The notes under the pieces were generated by a model. The model ran no database searches, was not told where the DNA came from, and saw only the letters and a list, made by a program, of their open reading frames with translations. This document shows, piece by piece, positions 8,724 to 16,031 of a stretch of DNA of 32,000 nucleotides (the first letter of the stretch is position 1; each line of letters opens with the position of its first letter). The translations under genes were made by a program, and so were the position numbers. Source of the DNA: Breznakia sp. PF5-3 (lineage in GTDB: Bacteria > Bacillota_I > Bacilli_A > Erysipelotrichales > Erysipelotrichaceae); NCBI RefSeq assembly GCF_029504745.1, contig NZ_JAQFIQ010000019.1, forward strand, positions 12,294 through 44,293, in the 5' to 3' direction.

Positions 8724-9227
8724 ATGAGAAGGATAGCACAGTTTTATAAAGTTAGTTTTGAAGAGTTTAGAAAAGCATTTGCTGATTTAGATCAAACTCA
8801 GGTAGAGCGCATGTATGATGCAATCGTATTGCCTAAGCGAGCAACCTCAGGAAGTGCAGGATATGATTTTTTTACACCATTCGCATTTACTTTAAAGCCA
8901 AATGAAACGATTAAGATTCCAACTGGGATTCGCGCAGAGATGGAAGTAGATTGGGTATTGAAATTATATCCAAGAAGTGGTTTGGGATTTAAATATCGTT
9001 TACAGTTAAATAATACAGTGGGAATTATCGATGCAGATTATTTTCACAGTGATAATGAAGGTCATATTTTTGCGAAAATTACCAATGATTCAAACACTGG
9101 TGAAGAATTGCATTTAGATGCAGGCGATGGTTTTATGCAAGGTATCTTTGTAGAGTATGGAATCACTCATGATGATGTTGTATCAGAGATTCGCAATGGT
9201 GGATTCGGAAGTACAAGTAAGAAATAA
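8724..9227 (+). CDS. dut: dUTP diphosphatase (trimeric dUTPase family)
   Basis: 167 aa with dUTPase motifs 'SAGYDFF', 'RSGLG', 'GIIDADY' and the C-terminal 'RNGGFGSTSKK'. It starts 8 nt after nrdG, with GGAG upstream. Confidence 0.85.
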   Translation: MRRIAQFYKVSFEEFRKAFADLDQTQVERMYDAIVLPKRATSGSAGYDFFTPFAFTLKPNETIKIPTGIRAEMEVDWVLKLYPRSGLGFKYRLQLNNTVGIIDADYFHSDNEGHIFAKITNDSNTGEELHLDAGDGFMQGIFVEYGITHDDVVSEIRNGGFGSTSKK

Positions 9228-9271
9228 AAACGGACTCTATGACGAAGCCCTGTCTAGTAGATAAATGAAAT

Positions 9272-9308
9272 AAAGTTTGGTTATGTTTTATAGCCAAGCT
9301 TTTATTTT
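9272..9308 (+). terminator. Rho-independent terminator of the nrdD-nrdG-dut unit
   Basis: AAAGTTTGGTT (9272-9282) pairs with AGCCAAGCTTT (9292-9302). The stem is 11 bp including two G-U pairs and is followed by TATTTT. Confidence 0.6.
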
Positions 9309-9402
9309 GGATTTATAGTGTTTCAATAATGTAGGAAAGATAGTGAATACGTACAATTTAAAAAAAGATGTAGTATAATGAATGCAAAGAGAGGTAGTAT
9401 AA

Positions 9403-9888
9403 ATGAGAGTAGAAGATATAAAAACAAATGTATTTGAAATGTTTAATAAGGACTGGTGTTTGATTGCTGCGAATAAAGGGAATCATTTCAATATGATGAC
9501 AGCAAGTTGGGGAGGATTAGGAATTCTTTGGAATCGACCAGTAGCAACAATTTATATTAGACCACAACGCTATACAAAAGAATTTGTGGATGATAGTGAT
9601 TACTTCACAATTAGCTTCTTTGATCAAACACATCGAGATATGTTAAATGTGATGGGGTCAAAATCAGGAAGAGATATAAACAAAGAAAATTACGGTGGAT
9701 TGCATGGAAGAGTACAAGATGGTTTTGTTTGTTTTGATGAAGCTTTATTGACTGTGAAATGTCGTAAAATTTATCAAGATTCCATTAAACCTGAAAAGTT
9801 TCTCGATGAAACGATTGGAAAACATTACCCATTAGAAGATTATCATGACATGTATATTGGAGAAATTGTAGAAGTAATTGAACAATAA
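9403..9888 (+). CDS. Flavin reductase-like (FMN-binding split-barrel) family protein
   Basis: 161 aa. 'FNMMTASWGGLGILWNRPVATIYIRPQRYTKEF' and 'GSKSGRDINK' match the pattern I recognise from small clostridial flavin-reductase family proteins. SD AGAGAGG upstream. Confidence 0.75.
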   Translation: MRVEDIKTNVFEMFNKDWCLIAANKGNHFNMMTASWGGLGILWNRPVATIYIRPQRYTKEFVDDSDYFTISFFDQTHRDMLNVMGSKSGRDINKENYGGLHGRVQDGFVCFDEALLTVKCRKIYQDSIKPEKFLDETIGKHYPLEDYHDMYIGEIVEVIEQ

Positions 9889-9951
9889 TTTTTAAAATGA
9901 AAATATCAGATTTTATCTGGTATTTTCTTTGTCTAGGATATCTTATAAATA

Positions 9952-9960
9952 TGGTACAAT
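9952..9960 (+). promoter_or_regulatory. Extended -10 promoter upstream of rmuC
   Basis: TGgTACAAT preceded by TA (TATG, the TRTG -16 motif). It lies inside the 5' extension of the track ORF, which argues that the extension is not translated. Confidence 0.5.
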
Positions 9961-9976
9961 AAAAAAGGTGATGATA

Positions 9977-11053
9977 ATGGATACAAATATATTGTTGGTG
10001 GTTTTATGTATTATGATGGCAGTTTTGATTATCGTGATGTTTTCTTTGTTGCAAAAGCAAGCAAAGAAAGATAACCATACAGAAGATAAAATATTACAAA
10101 CCCAAATGACAAAGCAGTTATTGGATTTTCAAAATGCAATAACACAATCCTTACGTAAAGATATTAATGTTTTAAATGAAAACACAAGTGATAAGCTATT
10201 CAAAATGGAACATAATGTAAATCGACAGTTGAATACAGGATTTGAGTCTACAAATAAAGTATTTACTGAAGTGATGAAGCAAATTACGAAAATTGATAGT
10301 ACACAAGATCAATTGAAATTACTGAGTCAAGATATTTCAAGTTTACATAGTATTTTAAATGATAAAAAAACACGTGGAATCTATGGTGAAATAGAATTGT
10401 ATAATTTATTAGAAAATGCTTTTGGATTGGATTATAATCGTTATGCAAAACAGTATAAATTAAGCAATGGATTGATGGTTGATGCTGTTATATTTGGCAA
10501 TGAAGCATTAGGGACAATTCCCATAGATTCAAAGTTTCCATTAGAAAACTTTAATCGCTTAATGGATCCGAGCTTACCTTCCATGCGGAAACAGGTTATT
10601 CAAAATGAATTTAAAAGTGATGTGAAGAAGCATATTAAAGCAATCGCAACAAAGTATATAATTCCAAATGAAACGAGTGAATTTGCTTATATGTTTATAC
10701 CAGCAGAAGCTATTTTTTCTTATATCAATGCAAATTTGAATGATGTTATTGAATATTCTTATCAAGAGAAGGTGTATTTGGTTTCACCAACAACATTAAT
10801 GGCCTATATAACTGCGATTAAGGCATTGTATCTAGGACAAAAGAAAAATGAGCGAATCAAAGAAATACAAGAAGAATTAATAAAGCTTTCAATTGAATTT
10901 GAGCGGTTTTCAAAACGTTATGAAACAGTGCAGCGTGATTTTGATAGATCGTATAGTGATATGAAAGATGTACTTGTCACTGCGAATAAAATAATTACTA
11001 GATTTAAAAAGATTGAAGCTGTCGAGTTGGAAAAGGATGAGGATGAACATTAA
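9977..11053 (+). CDS. rmuC: DNA recombination protein RmuC
   Basis: N-terminal TM, a long coiled-coil, then 'RGIYGEIELYNLLENAFG' and 'IPIDSKFPLENF', typical of RmuC. I chose the ATG at 9977 because GGTGA at 9967-9971 is well spaced for it. ATG 9971 is possible; TTG 9929 is unlikely. Confidence 0.85.
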   Translation: MDTNILLVVLCIMMAVLIIVMFSLLQKQAKKDNHTEDKILQTQMTKQLLDFQNAITQSLRKDINVLNENTSDKLFKMEHNVNRQLNTGFESTNKVFTEVMKQITKIDSTQDQLKLLSQDISSLHSILNDKKTRGIYGEIELYNLLENAFGLDYNRYAKQYKLSNGLMVDAVIFGNEALGTIPIDSKFPLENFNRLMDPSLPSMRKQVIQNEFKSDVKKHIKAIATKYIIPNETSEFAYMFIPAEAIFSYINANLNDVIEYSYQEKVYLVSPTTLMAYITAIKALYLGQKKNERIKEIQEELIKLSIEFERFSKRYETVQRDFDRSYSDMKDVLVTANKIITRFKKIEAVELEKDEDEH

Positions 11054-11111
11054 ATCAGCAGATATGAAAGAGCATATTAAACAAATAAAATTAATTGCAT
11101 ATATATAAGCT

Positions 11112-11150
11112 AAAGTTAAGAACAAATATTTCGTTCTTAACTTTTTCTTT
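11112..11150 (+). terminator. Rho-independent terminator after rmuC
   Basis: GTTAAGAAC (11115-11123) pairs perfectly with GTTCTTAAC (11133-11141). A/T extensions flank the stem, followed by TTTTTCTTT. Confidence 0.8.
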
Positions 11151-11235
11151 TTGTCTTGAAATAGCGTATGATATCGTAAATAGCATAGTTGAAATTTAAG
11201 TATAAAAAAAATAATAAAAATTTTACTCATTTGTA

Positions 11236-11264
11236 TTGACACATCGATATAACCGGTGTATTAT
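11236..11264 (+). promoter_or_regulatory. Sigma-A type promoter of the marR-ABC operon
   Basis: TTGACA (11236-11241), a 17-nt spacer, then TATTAT (11259-11264). Confidence 0.7.
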
Positions 11265-11270
11265 TTACTA

Positions 11271-11297
11271 ACTTAATAGTTAAGTATGTTAACTATT
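11271..11297. promoter_or_regulatory. Overlapping palindromes: candidate MarR-family operator
   Basis: AATAGTTAA-gtatg-TTAACTATT (11275-11297) has perfect 9-bp arms. It overlaps ACTTAA-tag-TTAAGT (11271-11285). Both lie between the -10 box and the AGGAGG SD at 11301-11306. Confidence 0.55.
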
Positions 11298-11311
11298 TTT
11301 AGGAGGTGTTC

Positions 11312-11761
11312 ATGTCCGATGGAAATAGGGTACACAAATTGAGAAGATTGATGTACCGATTTAAGAATGTTAGACGCCCTGAGAAAGGCAAAGATCATAT
11401 GCGTATGCACGATATGATGATGCTTGTGGGGATTCAAAAAGTAGGAAATGGAGAGGCGGTAAAAATGTCACAGCTATCAAGCTATTTCAAGATTACTGCA
11501 CCTGCTGTATCACAGATTATGCGCAAGTTGGAAAATCAGGGATATATCGAGAGAATTATTCGTGATGAAGATCGTAGGAGTGTGTATGTGAAAGTCAGTG
11601 ATAAGGCGATAAAGGAAATCAAGATGATTCAAGCACATATGGATAAAACGTTAATTGATATGATTGATTATCTAGGAGAAGAGGATACAGATGAATTGAT
11701 TCGTTTGTTGGATAAAGTGTTGGATTATATGGACAAGCAGGAAGGAGTTAGGAAATGCTAA
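11312..11761 (+). CDS. MarR family transcriptional regulator
   Basis: Winged-HTH core 'MSQLSSYFKITAPAVSQIMRKLENQGYIERIIRDEDRRSVYVKVS'. The ATG at 11312 is 5 nt after AGGAGG. The track's GTG at 11306 lies inside the SD. Confidence 0.85.
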   Translation: MSDGNRVHKLRRLMYRFKNVRRPEKGKDHMRMHDMMMLVGIQKVGNGEAVKMSQLSSYFKITAPAVSQIMRKLENQGYIERIIRDEDRRSVYVKVSDKAIKEIKMIQAHMDKTLIDMIDYLGEEDTDELIRLLDKVLDYMDKQEGVRKC

Positions 11762-14031
11762 AGGTTCTTAAGTATGTAAAGAAGTACTGGCTAGCGCTGA
11801 TTTGTATCATAGCGTTATTATATGGACAAGCACAAGCCGAATTAGCACTACCAGATTACATGAGTAATATTGTTACTTATGGTATTCAAACTGGTGGATT
11901 TGATGAAGTCGTACCTGAGATTATAAGTCAGGAAACGATGGATAATGCAATGATATTTATGAGCGATGACGATAAGGAGTTTGTGTTATCACAATATAAT
12001 TATCAAGAGTTCAAAGATATCGATAATAAAGATTTACCATATGAAATTGATATGTCAGACAAAAGTGTTGTGAAGGACACTGGACTTTATGTTTTAAAAA
12101 GTGAGATATCAGATACAAACTTCGATAAACTTACAAAAGCAATGGGTGAACCAATGTTAATGGTTACCTCACTTGAATCTATCGTGAATGGTGATACAAG
12201 TTTAATGGAAGAAGAGGATAAGAAACAGATTGAAGAAATGCTTGCTCAAATTCCAGAAGGTATGACAATTTTCGATATGATGAGAATGATGCCACAAGAA
12301 CAATTAGACGAACAGATGAATGACTTCACTGCAAAGTTTGATGCGATTGGTGAATCAGCAATCGAAATTGCTGCAGCTTCAGGAGTAAAAGCAGAATATG
12401 CAAAGTTAGGTGTTGATGTAAACACAATTCAAACGAATTATATTATGTCGACGGGATTAACAATGTTATTAATCTCATTAGGTGGGGGACTTTGTGCTAT
12501 TTTAGTAGGATATTTCTCTAGTAGAATGGCTGCCAAAGTTTCAAGAAATATGAGACAAGATACATTTGAAAAAGTTGAATCATTCTCAAGTACAGAATTA
12601 AACAAGTTTTCTACAGCTTCTTTGATTACGCGTACAACAAATGATATCCAACAAGTGCAGATGGCACTTATTATGACCCTGCGTATTGCAATCTATGCAC
12701 CAATTATGGCGTTTGGAGCAATTGTAAGAGTTATGAATTCATCAACAAGTATGGTTTGGATTATTGCCTTAGTTGTAGTAATTATTATAGGTGTTATGAT
12801 TGCGACATTTGCAATTGCAGGTCCTAAGTTTAGAATCATGCAAAAACTTGTTGATAAATTAAACTTAGTAACTCGTGAGTCATTAAGTGGTATGCTGGTT
12901 ATTCGTGCATTTCATACTGAAGAAGTGGAAGAAGAACGTTTCGATGAAGCAAGTACAGCAAAACGTAAAGTAGACTTATTTACATCACGTACGATGTCTG
13001 TAGTAATGCCTATTGTTACGTTCATCTTTAGTGCTACTTCATTATTGATTGTATGGATGGCATCACATGAGATTGATTTAGGAACAATGCAGATTGGTGA
13101 TATGATGGCATTTATTCAATATTCAATGCAAATCATTATGTCATTTATGATGTTAGCAATGATTTCAATTATGTTACCAAGAGCGGGTGTAGCTGCAAAA
13201 CGTATTTTTGAAGTATTGGAAACACCACTTAGTATTGCAGATCCAGAGTATCCAGAAACATTTAGCGATGATATGAAAGGGTTTGTTGAATTTAAGGATG
13301 TAAGTTTCCGCTATCCTGGAGCTGAAGAAGATGTTTTACATGATATTAACTTTGTAGCGAAACCAAGACAGACTACAGCATTTATTGGTAGTACAGGAAG
13401 TGGTAAAAGTACAATTATTAATCTAGTACCTCGTTTCTTTGATGTTACGAGTGGAAGCATTGAGGTAGATGGATTAGATGTACGTAATGTTACTCAAAAA
13501 GATTTAAGAGCTAAAATTGGATTAGTACCACAAAAAGGTGTATTGTTCTCAGGAACAATTGAATCTAACATTAAATATAGTGATGAAACGATGAATGATA
13601 GTGTTATGGAAGAAGCAAGTGAAGTTGCTCAAGCAACAGAATTTATTGATTCTAAACCAGAGCGTTATGAAACAGAAATTGCGCAAGGTGGATCGAATGT
13701 ATCAGGTGGTCAAAAACAAAGAATTTCAATTGCAAGAGCAATTGCGAAACAACCTGAAATCTTTATCTTTGATGATAGTTTTAGTGCACTTGACTTTAAG
13801 ACTGATGCAAATCTTCGTGAAGCGTTATATAAACTTTGTCAGAAGACAGGAAGTACAGTTCTGCTTGTAGGACAAAGAATTGCATCAATTATGAATGCAG
13901 ATCAAATTATTGTATTAGATGAAGGGAAAATTGTAGGTAAGGGAACTCACAATGAGTTAATGAAAACTTGTGAGGTTTATCAAGAAATTGCCTACTCACA
14001 ACTAAGTAAGGAGGAACTTGAAAATGAGTAA
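11755..14031 (+). CDS. ABC exporter half-transporter (TMD-NBD), subunit with non-canonical catalytic residue and a ~180-aa extracytoplasmic insertion
   Basis: 758 aa with six TM segments plus an NBD. Walker A is 'GSTGSGKST', signature 'VSGGQKQR' and Walker B 'IFIFDDSFSALD' (Asp where the catalytic Glu is expected). The start overlaps the marR stop (ATGCTAA). Confidence 0.9.
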   Translation: MLKVLKYVKKYWLALICIIALLYGQAQAELALPDYMSNIVTYGIQTGGFDEVVPEIISQETMDNAMIFMSDDDKEFVLSQYNYQEFKDIDNKDLPYEIDMSDKSVVKDTGLYVLKSEISDTNFDKLTKAMGEPMLMVTSLESIVNGDTSLMEEEDKKQIEEMLAQIPEGMTIFDMMRMMPQEQLDEQMNDFTAKFDAIGESAIEIAAASGVKAEYAKLGVDVNTIQTNYIMSTGLTMLLISLGGGLCAILVGYFSSRMAAKVSRNMRQDTFEKVESFSSTELNKFSTASLITRTTNDIQQVQMALIMTLRIAIYAPIMAFGAIVRVMNSSTSMVWIIALVVVIIIGVMIATFAIAGPKFRIMQKLVDKLNLVTRESLSGMLVIRAFHTEEVEEERFDEASTAKRKVDLFTSRTMSVVMPIVTFIFSATSLLIVWMASHEIDLGTMQIGDMMAFIQYSMQIIMSFMMLAMISIMLPRAGVAAKRIFEVLETPLSIADPEYPETFSDDMKGFVEFKDVSFRYPGAEEDVLHDINFVAKPRQTTAFIGSTGSGKSTIINLVPRFFDVTSGSIEVDGLDVRNVTQKDLRAKIGLVPQKGVLFSGTIESNIKYSDETMNDSVMEEASEVAQATEFIDSKPERYETEIAQGGSNVSGGQKQRISIARAIAKQPEIFIFDDSFSALDFKTDANLREALYKLCQKTGSTVLLVGQRIASIMNADQIIVLDEGKIVGKGTHNELMKTCEVYQEIAYSQLSKEELENE

Positions 14032-15958
14032 TAACGATACACAAACAAGAAAACCTCCTGTAACAAATGCTGGACCTGTTGGTGGACATGGAAGAGGACC
14101 CGGAGGTGGAGGTGCAAGAGCTGGAGAAAAAGCGAAAGACTTCAAAGGTAGTGTAAAAAAGATGTTTAATTACATGCGTAACTATCGTATTCAGTTATAT
14201 ATTATTTTCTTCTTTGCAGCTTTAAGTACAGTCTTTGCAATTGTAGGACCTAAGATTTTAGGGGAAGCTACAACAACTTTATCTGAAGGGCTAATGGCAA
14301 AAGCAAGTGGTTCTGGTGAAATTGACTTTGGTAGAATTCAAGAAATATTATTATTACTTACAGGTATGTATTTATTTAGTGCATTCTGTTCTTATATTCA
14401 AGGATTTATGATGGCAGGTATTTCACAAAAAATGGCTTATAGTTTAAGAAAAGACATTAGTGAAAAAATAAACCGTTTACCACTGTCTTATTACGATAAA
14501 ACATCACAAGGTGATGTACTATCAAGAGTTACCAACGATGTTGATTCAATTGGACAAAGTTTGAGTCAAGGAGTTACACAAGTAATCACATCAGTAATGA
14601 TGGTTGTTGGAGTTGCAATCATGATGTTCTCAATATCATGGATGATGACTCTTGTGGCAATGATTGTATTGCCGATATCAGCGATTCTTGTAATGGTTGT
14701 AACAAAGCGTTCACAAAAGTATTTCGTTCAACAACAAGCTTCGCTAGGGGCGCTTAATGGACATGTTGAAGAGATGTATGGTGGACATATGGTTGTGAAA
14801 GCATTTAATGGTGAAGAAGATTCAATTGAAAAGTTTAGTGAACAAAATGAAGAGTTATACAACTCTGCTTGGAAGTCACAATTCTTATCTGGTCTTATGA
14901 TGCCAATTACTACATTCATTGGAAATATTGGATATGTATTAGTTTGTTTACTAGGTGGATACTTGGCAACACACACATCGGTTACATTATTAGGAATCAC
15001 ATTTGCTGGAATTGGAATTGCAATTGGAGATATTCAAGCGTTTATTCAATATGTAAGACAATTCAACCAACCATTAGCACAAATGGCACAAACAATTAAT
15101 ATGTTACAAAGTGCTGCCGCTGCTAGTGAACGTGTATTTGAATTCTTGAATGAAAAAGAAATGGAACCAGATACATCCAACCCAGTTGAAATTCATGACC
15201 AAAAGGGTGATATTATAATCCCTAGTACGGTTACATTTGACCAAGTTGAGTTTGGCTATAATCCAGATAAGATTATTATTAATGACTTTAACCTTCGTGT
15301 AGGGGAAGGTCAAAAGGTTGCTATTGTAGGACCGACAGGAGCAGGGAAGACAACAATTGTAAAATTGTTAATGCGCTTCTATGAATTAAACAGTGGTGCT
15401 ATCTATGTTGGTGATCACAATATTTGTGATTATCGTAGAGATGACTTACGAAGTATGTTTGGTATGGTTTTACAAGATGCATGGTTATTTAATGGAACAG
15501 TAATGGAAAATCTTCGTTATTCAAAGCTTGATGCAACAGATGAAGAAGTGTATGAAGCAGCCAAAGCGGCTAGAGTTGATCATTTTGTGAAAACATTGGA
15601 ACATGGTTATGACACAATGTTGAATGAAGAAACAAGTAATATTTCCCAAGGTCAAAAGCAATTGTTAACGATTGCAAGAGCATTCTTAGCTGATCCAAAG
15701 ATTTTAATTCTTGATGAAGCGACAAGCAATGTGGATACGAGAACAGAAGTGTTGATTCAAGAAGGAATGGATGAATTGATGAAGGGAAGAACATCGTTTG
15801 TTATTGCCCATCGTCTATCAACGATTCGCAATGCAAATGTAATTATTGTTATGAATGAAGGGGATATCGTAGAGATTGGAGATCATGAAGAGTTGTTGAC
15901 TCGAGATGGATTCTATGCGAAACTATATAATTCACAATTTGAAGAAGGTGAAGAGTAA
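14024..15958 (+). CDS. ABC exporter half-transporter (TMD-NBD), partner subunit with degenerate signature motif
   Basis: Walker A 'GPTGAGKTT', Walker B 'ILILDEATSNVD' (canonical) and signature 'ISQGQKQ' (degenerate). The ATG at 14024 is 10 nt after AAGGAGG and overlaps the upstream stop (ATGAGTAA). TTG 14018 in the track is an alternative start. Confidence 0.9.
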   Translation: MSNNDTQTRKPPVTNAGPVGGHGRGPGGGGARAGEKAKDFKGSVKKMFNYMRNYRIQLYIIFFFAALSTVFAIVGPKILGEATTTLSEGLMAKASGSGEIDFGRIQEILLLLTGMYLFSAFCSYIQGFMMAGISQKMAYSLRKDISEKINRLPLSYYDKTSQGDVLSRVTNDVDSIGQSLSQGVTQVITSVMMVVGVAIMMFSISWMMTLVAMIVLPISAILVMVVTKRSQKYFVQQQASLGALNGHVEEMYGGHMVVKAFNGEEDSIEKFSEQNEELYNSAWKSQFLSGLMMPITTFIGNIGYVLVCLLGGYLATHTSVTLLGITFAGIGIAIGDIQAFIQYVRQFNQPLAQMAQTINMLQSAAAASERVFEFLNEKEMEPDTSNPVEIHDQKGDIIIPSTVTFDQVEFGYNPDKIIINDFNLRVGEGQKVAIVGPTGAGKTTIVKLLMRFYELNSGAIYVGDHNICDYRRDDLRSMFGMVLQDAWLFNGTVMENLRYSKLDATDEEVYEAAKAARVDHFVKTLEHGYDTMLNEETSNISQGQKQLLTIARAFLADPKILILDEATSNVDTRTEVLIQEGMDELMKGRTSFVIAHRLSTIRNANVIIVMNEGDIVEIGDHEELLTRDGFYAKLYNSQFEEGEE

Positions 15959-15987
15959 AGATAATGAGCAATCATTATCTTTTTTTT
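15958..15987 (+). terminator. Rho-independent terminator of the marR-ABC operon
   Basis: AAGATAATGA (15958-15967) pairs with TCATTATCTT (15972-15981), with a 4-nt loop and a T-run to 15987. Confidence 0.8.
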
Positions 15988-16016
15988 GAGTCACTCACTA
16001 CTCTGAATGCAAATCA

Positions 16017-16025
16017 TGGTATAAT
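16017..16025 (+). promoter_or_regulatory. Extended -10 promoter immediately upstream of recG
   Basis: TGgTATAAT. The -10 ends 6 nt before the recG ATG (16032). Confidence 0.55.
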
Positions 16026-16031
16026 AGCTTC

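Noticed and set aside
13595-13870. Same-strand alternative-frame ORFs inside the ABC exporter genes (91 aa at 13595-13870 and 76 aa at 14869-15099).
   Set aside because: They overlap the conserved NBD and TMD coding frames, have no SD, and give K/Q/L- or W/C-rich low-complexity translations. There is no evidence of overlapping coding.
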